IMG/VR virus record: IMGVR_UViG_3300042691_016949
Span: 6,227 to 70,226 of that record
Length of the DNA: 64,000 nt
DNA from: a virus
Strand: one strand, 5' to 3'
The position numbers and the translations under genes are program-made. Position 1 is the stretch's first letter; each line of letters opens with the position of its first letter. A model generated the notes under the pieces. The model made no database searches, was not told the DNA's origin, and was given only the letters and a program-made list of their open reading frames with translations. Of the stretch, positions 47,886-58,243 are shown in pieces.

Positions 47886-49176
47886 TGACGGTAACGTCGC
47901 CTTGAGCGACTACTCTTTCCAACCCGTCGTCTCCCCCAACGACCTGCGCCAGCACATCTTGCGTTTGTCTAACGCTGCCATCGGCACCCAGCACCAGCAT
48001 CCGATTCTCATCTGGACCTGCCCATTCGAGTCTCGAATCACCTCCCCCGGATTTCCGCATGTACGAAGGGACCGCTCGTAGAACGGGCATCGGTGGCAGC
48101 TTCTTAGCCTTGCCCACCACAACCCTCCGACCTGAGTCGTCGCACAGTTCTGCGGTTGTAGGAGTGACAGGATCGACCGGGACATTGTCCACCCGAGCCT
48201 CACGCACTCCCCTGGAGGCAAGGAGTGGAACGAGGCCGCCGCCACTTTGAGTAGTACCCTTGCCCAACTGAGCAGCCGGGATGACCGTTTGGCGTACAAA
48301 GCGATGGAAAACCTTAATGATGTCTGTAGCCTGCTTGTTGATAATTGATGCCCACTGGGAAGCATATTCTTTCCTTGTTATTGATTGGTGGCGTTTAACC
48401 TCAAGATCGTGAGCCCATTTGTCGAACTCTTGCGACTCCTCGATCTCAAGGGTCCAACCGAACTTGTGTTTTGTTGCCTCGTCCTTGTCGAGGGCGATGA
48501 GAACAGAGTTCCGCATGTGCATCGGAAGGTCTGTGGCTAGGGCCTTCTGGTACAGGGTCTTGCCTTCCGCCTTCTGAAGCTGTTCGTGGCAGTTCGGCAT
48601 CCGCGACAGGATGATCTGGCGCCAGTTCTTGCGGTACGGGAAGGCATGGATCCGAGCCCATCCGAAGTCGATGGGGATCATGTCCACGAGCAGCCGGTGC
48701 GGCATCGCTTGGCAGATCGCCAGCCACACCATCCGGAACACCTTGTAGTCGGCGATGGGACTCATCTTCCAGGCCATCTTGAGGAAGCGTTCGTCGCTGA
48801 CCTCCCTGGCTTCCTGCTTCTCGATGTCCTCGACGCGGGGCTTGGCCTCCAGCTCCATCGTCACCGGCTTGGGTTGATTGACGGACTTGTACCGCTGGAA
48901 GTAGGACGGGGTGGTTCCGTAGCGTGGACTGGCGTATTCGCGCAGGTACTGATCGGGCAGGATGAGGTTGAACGGATCCTTGGTGATGGATCCGTGGTAG
49001 AGATGGGCCGTGACCTTGTCCCGGACGTCCCGCGGTATGTACTGGGTGTAGGGGAGGTTGACGAGCCAGTGGGGCTTTCCGTCCACCTCGCCTCCAACGG
49101 CCCACAGAGGCTGGCAGAAATCCTCCTCCTCGTGGACCCACAACTGCCTATCTGTAGAACTGGTGAACTTAGTCAT
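47857..49176 (-). CDS. Hypothetical protein coupled to the terminase gene
   Basis: ATGA overlap with the terminase stop; 439 aa. Confidence 0.65.
   Translation of the reverse strand: MTKFTSSTDRQLWVHEEEDFCQPLWAVGGEVDGKPHWLVNLPYTQYIPRDVRDKVTAHLYHGSITKDPFNLILPDQYLREYASPRYGTTPSYFQRYKSVNQPKPVTMELEAKPRVEDIEKQEAREVSDERFLKMAWKMSPIADYKVFRMVWLAICQAMPHRLLVDMIPIDFGWARIHAFPYRKNWRQIILSRMPNCHEQLQKAEGKTLYQKALATDLPMHMRNSVLIALDKDEATKHKFGWTLEIEESQEFDKWAHDLEVKRHQSITRKEYASQWASIINKQATDIIKVFHRFVRQTVIPAAQLGKGTTQSGGGLVPLLASRGVREARVDNVPVDPVTPTTAELCDDSGRRVVVGKAKKLPPMPVLRAVPSYMRKSGGGDSRLEWAGPDENRMLVLGADGSVRQTQDVLAQVVGGDDGLERVVAQGDVTVIKDGRASKS
47910..48365 (-). CDS. Overlapping Cys-rich zinc-binding protein (start uncertain)
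   Basis: RLRSCHRCP...TC...GCWC...K..CW pattern seen in small phage proteins. Confidence 0.5.
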   Translation of the reverse strand: MLPSGHQLSTSRLQTSLRFSIALYAKRSSRLLSWARVLLKVAAASFHSLPPGECVRLGWTMSRSILSLLQPQNCATTQVGGLWWARLRSCHRCPFYERSLRTCGNPGEVIRDSNGQVQMRIGCWCWVPMAALDKRKMCWRRSLGETTGWKE

Positions 49177-50630
49177 AGCAGCATGGAAACCGGCTCGGCC
49201 TTCCTGGCCGTTGGATCGCTCCTGCGAACCATCTCCGAAGGGACTGCGCTGGAGAGCGCGTAGGTCAGGGAGTCGAAGACGTGCTTGTGCTTCGAGAGGC
49301 TGGACACACCGGAGTTGCCGGTGCCTGGAGGCAGCTTCTCCAGCATGTCCACCGTCGCGGTGCAGTGGGACGCCACGAAGATCCTCCGCTCGAACAGCAG
49401 CCGGTGGAGCAGCCGGCGGCGGGCGGCCACGGAGCCAGCCCCCTTCGTCACCGGCCTGAGCGTGATCCGCTTCTGGGACAGCTTGTAGATCAGGTTGGCC
49501 TCGGTGCCGCCGATGGTCATCGACTCGTTCATCGAGGAGGAGTCGGACCAGTGGTACCACAAAAGCCCTTTCCGGCCGTACATGGATTTCACCCGTCGCT
49601 CCCAGAAGCTCATCACGTCCTCAACCTCCTCGGTGAACTCCTTGATCGACTTGTTTTCCTCGTCCAGCCATACCACCTCGTCAAGGCAGTCGAAGGCCAG
49701 ATTGGAGTCGGCCACCCTTGGCGCCACCACGGAGAACGCGGTTGACTTGTCGCCGATGTCCCATCCGGTGTGGATGGTGTGGCAGTCGGTTTCAGGGCAC
49801 AGGAGTTCCCATTCATCCTCCTCCTGAGTGGAAGGCTTGTGGGTCGTAATGACGTGGATGTCCTTGCTGTAGACCTCCTCGAAGACAGTCCCCTCGTTCC
49901 GGGCTTCCACCCACTCGGAGTAATAGTACCGAGCCAAGAGGTTGGTGTCGTCCCTGTAGAGGTTGAACAACTCCTCCTTTTCCTCCTGCGAGAGGAACGG
50001 GTTGTCCTCGATGGCGATCTTGATCTCGTGGTGGTGCTTCGTCGGATTGACGAAGAACTCCTTGTAGAGCCAGTGCTCCCGGCCTTCCTTGGGCGGGTTG
50101 GTGTCGAGAAGGAACTGCTGCCGCTGGAACTCCAGCAACCGGAGGGTCTGCGTCAGGGTGCGGAACACCATCGGGTCCTTGAACAGGTCAGCCTCGACCA
50201 TCTGGACCATGGAGAACTTGGCTCCCTTGAACTTCTGTTCCACCTCGTCGTCGTGTTCCAAGGAGTGGAGCTGACACTCGCTGATGCCGCCGTTGGCGCT
50301 GCGGATCCGGAAGTACGAGACCTTGGTCGTGGAGTAGGACGAAGGCTCCTTGGCCACCTCCAAGGAACAGCCTGTGGCCCAATGCGCCAGTCGGCCGCTG
50401 ACGGGACGGACCAAGTCGCCCCAGACGCCCTGTTCACCGGAGCGCAGGGTTCGAGCCACGATCCCGACGACAGCCCCATCGTTCTCCCACATGTGGCGGA
50501 GGACCTTGTCGGCCAAGGCGATGGTCTTGCCGGTTCGGCGGGCTCCATGGACGAGCAGGAACCGGTGGTAGTCGTTGAAGACCTCCGTTCCCTTCTGGGA
50601 CATTTGAGGCACCCAGTAGTCTTGACTCAT
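49173..50630 (-). CDS. terL: Terminase large subunit
   Basis: Walker A GARRTGKT; MVQMVE; DTNP; DNPFL; nuclease GWDIG and HVFDSLTY. Confidence 0.9.
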   Translation of the reverse strand: MSQDYWVPQMSQKGTEVFNDYHRFLLVHGARRTGKTIALADKVLRHMWENDGAVVGIVARTLRSGEQGVWGDLVRPVSGRLAHWATGCSLEVAKEPSSYSTTKVSYFRIRSANGGISECQLHSLEHDDEVEQKFKGAKFSMVQMVEADLFKDPMVFRTLTQTLRLLEFQRQQFLLDTNPPKEGREHWLYKEFFVNPTKHHHEIKIAIEDNPFLSQEEKEELFNLYRDDTNLLARYYYSEWVEARNEGTVFEEVYSKDIHVITTHKPSTQEEDEWELLCPETDCHTIHTGWDIGDKSTAFSVVAPRVADSNLAFDCLDEVVWLDEENKSIKEFTEEVEDVMSFWERRVKSMYGRKGLLWYHWSDSSSMNESMTIGGTEANLIYKLSQKRITLRPVTKGAGSVAARRRLLHRLLFERRIFVASHCTATVDMLEKLPPGTGNSGVSSLSKHKHVFDSLTYALSSAVPSEMVRRSDPTARKAEPVSMLL

Positions 50631-50674
50631 TCCTCTTGCCAGAGTGGCGCGTAAGTGGTCTCTTGACAAGCACC

Positions 50675-50983
50675 ATGAACAACCTCGGATACAAGAGCGA
50701 ATCGATGAACGTCCCCTCCAAGCCGGGGAAGAAGATGAGCTACCCCCATCTGTGCATCCGTGACAAGTCGCTGGAAGCGGCCTTCGGGAAGGAGATGCCG
50801 CAGGTTGGCGAGGAGATCGAGGCCACCGTCAAGCTCCGCGTCACCGGCATCCGAAACGACGAGTACGGCAAGAGCGTCGATTTCGACGTCGTCTCCGGCG
50901 AGTTCGGTGAGCCCGAAGAGGGCGAGGACATGGAGGAGTCGGAGAACATGGAGGAGGACGGCCCCAAGGAGGCCCGGTACTGA
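50675..50983 (+). CDS. Small acidic head-module protein (possible capsid staple or decoration)
   Basis: YP.L.I...P.VG..I.ATV...V; acidic tail; located before the portal. Confidence 0.45.
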   Translation: MNNLGYKSESMNVPSKPGKKMSYPHLCIRDKSLEAAFGKEMPQVGEEIEATVKLRVTGIRNDEYGKSVDFDVVSGEFGEPEEGEDMEESENMEEDGPKEARY

Positions 50984-51282
50984 TGCCCAGGCACGCCACC
51001 AAGAAGCACAAGATCGCCATCGTCCCCCATGATGACGGGACGGTTTCCGTGGCCATCGCCATCCACCGCTACCGCTTCAAGCGGGCTGGTCGCGGACTGA
51101 AGTGGTCCTTGGCGGTCCTCAACGAGGCTCTGGATTTCCTGTACGAACCGGTGCCAGGGGTGCAGATTCAGCCGCGACTGCTTCTGAGGATCGAGGGGCG
51201 TCCACACAGGAAGAATCGCCAGCGAGCGTGGGAAAAGATCGAGTTGCACCGCATCCGTAGAAAGAACAAGCCATTATGGTAG
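50983..51282 (+). CDS. Basic hypothetical protein
   Basis: Coupled between 50675 and the portal gene. Confidence 0.5.
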   Translation: MPRHATKKHKIAIVPHDDGTVSVAIAIHRYRFKRAGRGLKWSLAVLNEALDFLYEPVPGVQIQPRLLLRIEGRPHRKNRQRAWEKIELHRIRRKNKPLW

Positions 51283-53750
51283 ACATCAAGGAACTTGAGA
51301 AAGCGGGCTACTCCGACCAGAAGCTCAAGGACATCTTCACCACGCCCCACGACCAGCTCAAGCAGAAGTACCCGAAGGCGTGGGACCTCTTGTCGACCGA
51401 CCAGTCGCGCATTGACGACGGCATCGCCCGCACCCTCGACCGCGCCCGTGACTTCTGGGCCATCGACCGCGCCTACGACATCTCGTCCGAGCAGATCACC
51501 TACAGCTACGCCAGGGGCCTACTGTCCAACAACTCGGCCAGCCGCCAGGATGTGCTGAAGCTGGCCAAGGACTTCAACCTCGACCGGATGCTCAGTCGGC
51601 GGGTGAACTCCGAGGGCAAGTTCCTCAACTGGAACAACCAGCCCTGCGGTGCCGAGGATGCGGCGATGGACATCCATCTGCCCACCTTCTTCACAGTGTA
51701 CGTCCCCATCGTGGCCGCCTACCTGAAGGCCCGGTGGGCGAAGCTCTTCAACGACCGCAACGTGTACCCGCTGTACAAGCTGGAGCCGCGTGTGCTCTCC
51801 CACAAGAGCAAGCTCAAGGCGCGGATGATCACCTCGCGCATCGACCAGCAGTCCGGTGACATGGGCTACGCCGCCGTGGAGCGCCAGTCGATCCACAACG
51901 CCCTGCTGTACGGCATCTGCATGAATTTCGCCGAGCAGGAATGGCACGTCGAGAAGCAGAAGATCGACGGCAAGGAAGTGATCACCAAGTCGGGCGTTCC
52001 GTTCGTCATCCCCCATCCGGCCCGTGTCTTCTACGACATGACCAAACCGCTGCACACCCTCAACACCGACACGGGTGTCAGCTACGCCGGCTACTGGACC
52101 ACGCAGCGGTTCAAGGAGGTCTACGACAACAAGGACTTCTGGAATCGCGACGTCATCCAGATCAACACCAACGGGAAGAACCCGTGGCAGGAATCGGCCC
52201 AGTTCCGACTGTACCAGGAGCTGTACCCGTGCGCGGCGAAGTTCCCCTCGATTGCCGCCTCCGGATCCAACAACGACCGTGAGGACAAGGCGTTCCGCTA
52301 CCAGTATTCGGAGCACAGCGACTCGGCCGTCAACCTGACGGTGATGTTCCGGAAGCTGAACCCGAAGGACTACGACCTCTTCGACTACGATTCCCCGGTG
52401 TGGTTCCGGTTCGTGTACGCGGGCAACACCGTGGTCCACGTCAAGCCGTGGGCGTACTGTCCTGCGGTGGTCTACGAGTACGACGCCGACGGCAACCGGG
52501 CCAACCCGTCCGGCATCGGCCAAGAGCTTCTCCCGTTCCAGGACCACATGGGCAACCTATTGTCCCAGTACCTGTTGTCGGTGAAGAAGAACCTGATCCG
52601 CATCATCATGCACGATGCGGACATCGTGTCCAAGGACGCCCTGAAGGACGTTCGCAACGAGTCCGAGAACGCCCTCCGCGGCCTCCACTTCATCCCGGTG
52701 GACAGCCGTGAGCTGAAGAACATGGGTGTCGGTGATGCCCGAGAGGGGTTGAAGCCGCTGAACTTCCCGGCGCAGAACACCCAAGAGGTGCTGTCCGCCA
52801 TCAACGCGCTACTGAACATGGTGGAGCGTGCCCTCGGGTTCTCCCCGCAGGAGATCGGGGCTTCCGCGTCCCACCAGCAGTCGGCCACCGAGATCGTCAC
52901 GATCAACCAGAACACCTCGCAGCGCCTCCAGCTCACCGGCTCGTACATCGACGAGGCCATGAACGCCCGTGCGAAGATGCTCTACGAGGCGATGCTCATG
53001 TACGATTCGGACGAGGTGCTCGTCAGCGTTGCCGACATCAGCAGCGACGGCCGTGCCCTGCTCAAGGAGATGGGCTTCGAGATCGTCGAGGACGGTGAAC
53101 ACACCGTTGGCGTCAGCGGAAAGAAGAACCTTCTGATGCTCAACGGCTTCGGAATGTTCCGCGACACGTCCACCCGGATGAACGAGCCTGCCGTGGCCCA
53201 GTTGATGATGAACTTCATGGACCGGATCATGTCCAACCCGGCCATCGTTCAGATGGTGGGTCCGAAGTTCCTCTTCGACCGGATCAACGAGGTTGCGGAC
53301 TTCTTCCAGCTTCCGACGGACTTCCGGCTGCCCGACTCCATCGCCAACCAGCCGAATCCCGAACAGCTCCAAGCGGCCCAACAGGAGCAGCAACAGCAGG
53401 CCATGGCCGCCGTCCAGCAGGTGGCCGCCCAGACGGCCCAGCAGGTCACATCCGAACTGCTTGCGAAAGCCGGCCAGGACATCACCCAAGGGATCGCTGT
53501 CCCGCTGGCCGAGAAGCAACAGCAGCTTGAGGCTGCGCTGGCCCAGTTCATCCAGCAATCCCAGCAGGCGATCATGTCGAACGGTGAGGCCATCCAGCAG
53601 ATGGCGGGTCAGTCCGAGCAGATCGGGCAAGCCGTGCAGCAGGTTGCTGGCGAGAACGCGAACAACCGCAAGTTCATCGACCAACTGGCAATGCTTGTGG
53701 CCCAGCTTGAGCAGACCGTGTCCAATGGTCAGCCTGTTCCGATGGCATGA
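51276..53750 (+). CDS. Portal protein (P22-like, with Gln-rich C-terminal coil)
   Basis: 824 aa; GIGQELLPFQD, SATEI and Q-rich barrel-like tail; synteny. Confidence 0.8.
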   Translation: MVDIKELEKAGYSDQKLKDIFTTPHDQLKQKYPKAWDLLSTDQSRIDDGIARTLDRARDFWAIDRAYDISSEQITYSYARGLLSNNSASRQDVLKLAKDFNLDRMLSRRVNSEGKFLNWNNQPCGAEDAAMDIHLPTFFTVYVPIVAAYLKARWAKLFNDRNVYPLYKLEPRVLSHKSKLKARMITSRIDQQSGDMGYAAVERQSIHNALLYGICMNFAEQEWHVEKQKIDGKEVITKSGVPFVIPHPARVFYDMTKPLHTLNTDTGVSYAGYWTTQRFKEVYDNKDFWNRDVIQINTNGKNPWQESAQFRLYQELYPCAAKFPSIAASGSNNDREDKAFRYQYSEHSDSAVNLTVMFRKLNPKDYDLFDYDSPVWFRFVYAGNTVVHVKPWAYCPAVVYEYDADGNRANPSGIGQELLPFQDHMGNLLSQYLLSVKKNLIRIIMHDADIVSKDALKDVRNESENALRGLHFIPVDSRELKNMGVGDAREGLKPLNFPAQNTQEVLSAINALLNMVERALGFSPQEIGASASHQQSATEIVTINQNTSQRLQLTGSYIDEAMNARAKMLYEAMLMYDSDEVLVSVADISSDGRALLKEMGFEIVEDGEHTVGVSGKKNLLMLNGFGMFRDTSTRMNEPAVAQLMMNFMDRIMSNPAIVQMVGPKFLFDRINEVADFFQLPTDFRLPDSIANQPNPEQLQAAQQEQQQQAMAAVQQVAAQTAQQVTSELLAKAGQDITQGIAVPLAEKQQQLEAALAQFIQQSQQAIMSNGEAIQQMAGQSEQIGQAVQQVAGENANNRKFIDQLAMLVAQLEQTVSNGQPVPMA

Positions 53751-54055
53751 TCTCCCACAAGATTGAGCCGGTGTATGGGCCGGTGGTCGAGCAGACCCAG
53801 AACTGGCTCGCCGCATCCGAAGGCGGGAAAGCCATGATGGCCTGCATGGCCCACCATGTCGCGTTGCGTGAAGCCTTGGCTATCACGGAAATCGCGTCCC
53901 ATCCGATGGCCTTGATCAAGGGTGAGATCCCGCTTGGGGCCAAGAGTAATTTGGCTCTTGCCGAGAAGTACCGTCATGCGCTAGAAGTGCTGGAGTTGTT
54001 CATCAAGGACAAGGACCAGTTCATCACCACGAATCTCCCTATTTCACATGTCTGA
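53747..54055 (+). CDS. Small hypothetical protein after the portal
   Basis: Stop/start coupling. Confidence 0.6.
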   Translation: MISHKIEPVYGPVVEQTQNWLAASEGGKAMMACMAHHVALREALAITEIASHPMALIKGEIPLGAKSNLALAEKYRHALEVLELFIKDKDQFITTNLPISHV

Positions 54056-55472
54056 TCCCATCGAGAACGCCGCCCAGCAAGCCTCCACCGAAACCCAGAA
54101 CCAACAGCCTCCACAGGAGGCTTCAGCCGCAGGCAAGGAGCAGGCTGTAGGCAGGGCGGTGAGCGCGGCGGCCAAGCTGTTCGGTGGCCTCAACAAGCTC
54201 GAAGGAGAGCCCAAGAAGGACGAACCGAAGAAGGAGGAGAAGCCCGCCGAGGAGAAGCCTGCCGCCCAGGACGCCAAGGCCGAGGCCCCCAAGAAGCCCG
54301 AGGAGCCGGTCAACCCGATCTTCGGCAAGAAGAAGTCCAAGAAGGCCGAGGCGGCCGAGATCAAGAACGCCGTCGCGGAAGGCAACCGGGAGCTGGTCGA
54401 GACCCTGAAGGCCCAGCAGCAGCAGAAGCCTGCGCCGGTCGAGAAGCCTTCCGAGATCGAGCTTTCACCCAAGGACGAACGGCTTGTGGCCCAGCTCAAG
54501 AAGCTGGAGGAGATCAACCCGTCGTACAAGGATGTCGCGGCCAAGTTCCAGGAGTTCAAGCGCAAGGAGGCGGCCTACGAGGCTGAGTGGCAGAAGAACC
54601 ACCCGGACGAGGACTTCGACCCGGACGACGCCGCCCACTCCAAGTTCTACGACAAGAACGAGCCGTCCATCGACGAGGACGACCTAGAGGCGGCCAAGGA
54701 GGCCCTGATCGCCGAGCGTGCCAAGAAGACGGCCCGCGAGGAGATGGAGAAGGAGATCGCTCCCATCCGCCAGCAGCAGCGCCACAAGGAGGTGGTTGAG
54801 AAGCTGGCGCCCAAGCTGACGGAGACCTTCACGAGCGTGGCCAAGGAGGCCGCCGCCGCCATCAACCCGGAGTTCGCGAAGATCAAGGATCTGACCAAGA
54901 TCGCCGACGAGGATCCGTTGGCTGCGGAGATCCTTGGCGGTGTCGCCAACCACTGGCTCCCGGTCATCCAGGTTGCCGAGTACGCCTACAACGGAGCCAA
55001 GTTTGATCCAGAATCGGCTGACGGCCGCCGGCTCGGCGAGGTCGTCACCGAGATCGAGGCTGGTCTACAGGAACTCCCGGAGGAGGATCAGATCCGCAAT
55101 GGACGGAAGTTCGCCACCTTGGAGCAGTATTCCAAGATGTCCAAGGCCCAGCAGAAGAACCATTGGTTCGTGCAGAGCGAAGACATCACAAAGTACGCTT
55201 CATATCGCATGAAGCTCGACAGCCAAAGGTTCTACTCACAAGAGCGTGATCGCTTGGAGAAGTTGGCTGGACGACTTGGCTATGTCCGCAATTCCGGACA
55301 ACAGGGCACGAAGCAGGAATCCCAGAAGCAGCAGGAACAGCCTGCAAACAGTGGGTTCCGTGCGGCTCCAGCGGTGGGTGGATCTTCTCCTGCACCAGCC
55401 CCCTCCGCGCTTCGTCCTGACCCGAATGCCAATCCGAGGATGAATGCTGCCAAGCGTATCGGCTGGGCGTAA
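54048..55472 (+). CDS. Capsid scaffolding protein
   Basis: E/K/A/P-rich coiled coil between portal and capsid. Confidence 0.7.
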   Translation: MSDPIENAAQQASTETQNQQPPQEASAAGKEQAVGRAVSAAAKLFGGLNKLEGEPKKDEPKKEEKPAEEKPAAQDAKAEAPKKPEEPVNPIFGKKKSKKAEAAEIKNAVAEGNRELVETLKAQQQQKPAPVEKPSEIELSPKDERLVAQLKKLEEINPSYKDVAAKFQEFKRKEAAYEAEWQKNHPDEDFDPDDAAHSKFYDKNEPSIDEDDLEAAKEALIAERAKKTAREEMEKEIAPIRQQQRHKEVVEKLAPKLTETFTSVAKEAAAAINPEFAKIKDLTKIADEDPLAAEILGGVANHWLPVIQVAEYAYNGAKFDPESADGRRLGEVVTEIEAGLQELPEEDQIRNGRKFATLEQYSKMSKAQQKNHWFVQSEDITKYASYRMKLDSQRFYSQERDRLEKLAGRLGYVRNSGQQGTKQESQKQQEQPANSGFRAAPAVGGSSPAPAPSALRPDPNANPRMNAAKRIGWA

Positions 55473-55498
55473 AGATTGAGGCCGAAAGGTCTTAATCT

Positions 55499-57232
55499 AT
55501 GCCTACCGACTACTTCAGCAAGTGCACCCCTCTCCTCCGTGAGGACTTCGATTCCTGCGGAGGACTCACCCTGTGCAACGTCGCCCCCGTTGCGGACACC
55601 GCCCTCGATTCCATCTTCCAGGATTCCTCGGGTCGTTTCCGCGGCATGGCCCACCTCCTTGAGGCGGACATGATGGGTTCGGCCTGCCAGGTCCAAGAAA
55701 ATCCGCTCTACAAGTGGATCATCGCCAACGCAGAGTCCTATCAGGCCAGCGTCGGCACCAGCAAGCGCCGGAACTCCGGGATCACGGAGGTTGAGCCGTT
55801 CCTTCGCGTCCGCCGCAAGGGCATCATCAACAACCTGTTCTGGACCGTCGTGACCGGCGTCAGCGGCTCCGTGAATGTCAACGGCACCACGGCCGACGCC
55901 TACTTCGACCTCGTTTCCCAGACCTCGATCCCGAGCGATGGTGCGTGGTTCGTCGCGGGTGACGAAATCAGCATCTTCGGCCGCTCTTCCGCCGGCAACT
56001 CGACCCGCACCAACTGGCGCGTCGTGTATTCGGCCGTCGTCGGCGCGAACATCCGGGTGTATGTCCGGTCCCGCAATGCCGGCTCCGCGCTGTCCAGCGC
56101 CAAGCTGGTGTTCCCGACTGCTGGTGTTGCCATCAGCTTGGCGAACAACAGCTCGCCCTACGAGTCCCGGTGCAACAACATCCCCCGGCTCAACCTCAAG
56201 AGCGACTACCTCATCTGGATCCAGAACTCCCGGTGGGCCATCTGCAATGATGAGCACACCCAGAAGTTCCGGAAGTACCTCTTCGAGGGCAACCCGCTCT
56301 ACCGCGAGTACTACCACGTCGAGGAGGCGGAGTACAACAAGCAGGTCCTCACCAACTTCCAGAACCAGATCGCCCACACGTTCCTGTTCGGCAAGGGTGA
56401 GGCCAACCAGACCGAGACCCTCTGGCCCAACCTGGAGCAGATCACCTCGTTCAGCGACCAGGTGTTCGGTGAGTACATCTACCTCCCCGGCATCGAAGGC
56501 CGCTGCGTCGAGCGTCGTGCCTACGTCAAGGGCGTGTACGAGCAGCTCGCCGAGTGCGGTCGGGTCTATGACCTCCAGGGCGACGTGCTCAACTTCCCCG
56601 AACTCCAGACCCTGCTGTACGACATGGTCCGCATCCGTGCGGACAATGGCTTCCAGTCCAAGGTCATCGAGATCGTCACGGATTCGGCGTACAAGAAGCT
56701 GCTCCTCCAGGGCCTCTTCCTGTACCTGAAGACCCAGTTCGGCGGTGCGCTGAACGTCAACGTGGACATCAACCGGTTCGTCACCAAGGGCAAGACCCCG
56801 CTGGGCTTCATGTACGATGAGGTTGAGCTGGACTACCCGTCCGTGACGCTCCGCATCGTGAGCCACTATGCGTTCGACGACCTCGTCAACGCCCACGCCC
56901 GCGCCAGCTCCTCCAGCTCTGCGCTCGTCACCTCGGGCCGCATGATCTGGCTGCTGGCCTGGGACACCGTCACCATGGGTGTCATCGAGTCCCGGTTCAA
57001 GGACCTCTCCAGCGGCAACATCGAGGACCTCGCGAAGATCAACTCCGATGCGTTCTGCCGGATGGACAACCCGGTCCGCTCGATCCGCCACTACCTCCTC
57101 AAGTGGACGGTGGACGTGAAGTGCCCTGCTGCCTCGCTGGTCATCGAGAACGTTGCGTTCGCGGTGCCGGAGGTCGAGAACAAGTACGGCGACTACACGA
57201 ATCTGGGCGGCAATGATCCGTCCAACGACTGA
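55499..57232 (+). CDS. Major capsid protein with an inserted beta-rich domain
   Basis: Follows the scaffold; highly biased codons; ..HTFLFG.. and KGVYEQL segments; strong terminator downstream. Confidence 0.75.
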   Translation: MPTDYFSKCTPLLREDFDSCGGLTLCNVAPVADTALDSIFQDSSGRFRGMAHLLEADMMGSACQVQENPLYKWIIANAESYQASVGTSKRRNSGITEVEPFLRVRRKGIINNLFWTVVTGVSGSVNVNGTTADAYFDLVSQTSIPSDGAWFVAGDEISIFGRSSAGNSTRTNWRVVYSAVVGANIRVYVRSRNAGSALSSAKLVFPTAGVAISLANNSSPYESRCNNIPRLNLKSDYLIWIQNSRWAICNDEHTQKFRKYLFEGNPLYREYYHVEEAEYNKQVLTNFQNQIAHTFLFGKGEANQTETLWPNLEQITSFSDQVFGEYIYLPGIEGRCVERRAYVKGVYEQLAECGRVYDLQGDVLNFPELQTLLYDMVRIRADNGFQSKVIEIVTDSAYKKLLLQGLFLYLKTQFGGALNVNVDINRFVTKGKTPLGFMYDEVELDYPSVTLRIVSHYAFDDLVNAHARASSSSSALVTSGRMIWLLAWDTVTMGVIESRFKDLSSGNIEDLAKINSDAFCRMDNPVRSIRHYLLKWTVDVKCPAASLVIENVAFAVPEVENKYGDYTNLGGNDPSND

Positions 57233-57250
57233 TCGGTAGCCGGTCAACAC

Positions 57251-57297
57251 GGGGGCTCCCTACCACCTGGATGGGGTGGAGCTGGGAGCCCCCTTTT
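57251..57297 (+). terminator. Intrinsic terminator
   Basis: GGGGGCTCCC...GGGAGCCCCC-TTTT. Confidence 0.8.
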
Positions 57298-57339
57298 CAA
57301 TGGACGAACCATCCTCTCAAACCTTAGACTTCCTGTGCC

Positions 57340-57726
57340 ATGAGTTCCTCTCCCGACGGCATCCGGTCTGACACGATCACCCCAACGGAGGCTCGTTCAG
57401 CAACCCCCAATTTCCCGACACCTTCTCCGAAGATCAACGGACTCGTCAGGTCTCCTGGAGGTTCACGCAGCGCGGCCATCGCGGCTGGAGCCAATCCCCG
57501 AAGGTTGGTTGCCTTCATCAAGAACGAGGCCACTGTCAACCACCTTCATGTGAAGCTGGGGCCGGGGTGTACGACCACGGACTACCACTTCGTCCTTGCC
57601 GTCGGAACTTCGCTTGCCAACGGCACTGGAGGTGAGCACCGGATCGAGGACTACCAAGGGGAAATCTCCGTGGCCAGCGCGGGCACCATCGCGTACAGCT
57701 TCTACGAGGTCTCGCGGCCCCAGTGA
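57340..57726 (+). CDS. Putative decoration/minor virion protein
   Basis: Small beta-rich protein after the capsid. Confidence 0.5.
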   Translation: MSSSPDGIRSDTITPTEARSATPNFPTPSPKINGLVRSPGGSRSAAIAAGANPRRLVAFIKNEATVNHLHVKLGPGCTTTDYHFVLAVGTSLANGTGGEHRIEDYQGEISVASAGTIAYSFYEVSRPQ

Positions 57727-57739
57727 AAGGCAATGACCT

Positions 57740-58006
57740 ATGCCATCCGACGCTGAAACGAGGGCAGACCTCAAGGAGATGCGGGACAAGCTCGACCAGA
57801 TCCTGGCGGGCACGGTCCGCACCAACACCATTCTCGACCAAGTCATCCTTCCTGAGATGAAGGAGATGCGGTCCAAGGTGGCCTCCCATGAGAACCTGCG
57901 CCAGCGGGCCATCGGGCTGGTCTTGACTCTTGGGGTAGGTGGTGGTGCATTGGGCGGCAAGGTGGCCCACGCTTTGGGCTGGCTTGGCGGATCCAACAAG
58001 AGTTGA
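57740..58006 (+). CDS. Holin-like protein (coiled coil plus C-terminal TM)
   Basis: AIGLVLTLGVGGGALG hydrophobic segment. Confidence 0.5.
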   Translation: MPSDAETRADLKEMRDKLDQILAGTVRTNTILDQVILPEMKEMRSKVASHENLRQRAIGLVLTLGVGGGALGGKVAHALGWLGGSNKS

Positions 58007-58009
58007 CCT

Positions 58010-58243
58010 ATGGCTGGAGGCCCATTCACACGAACTGACAACTGGCACCACGCCGGCCGCGTTGACCGCATCGAGTGCCAGAAGACGGTTCTGTGCATCA
58101 AGTTGAACCGTGAACTGATTGCCCAGATCCTCTCCGAGGAGGGGCAGATCCCGGCATTGTCTGGTGTCCGCCGCTACCGCCTGATCGTGGACGACACCGA
58201 CCCGAACTTCCCATCTCTGATTCCAGTCGAAATCACCACATGA
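58010..58243 (+). CDS. Small Cys-containing protein, paralog A
   Basis: GPFT..D.W...VDR..C.....CIK shared with 62309-62587. Confidence 0.65.
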   Translation: MAGGPFTRTDNWHHAGRVDRIECQKTVLCIKLNRELIAQILSEEGQIPALSGVRRYRLIVDDTDPNFPSLIPVEITT

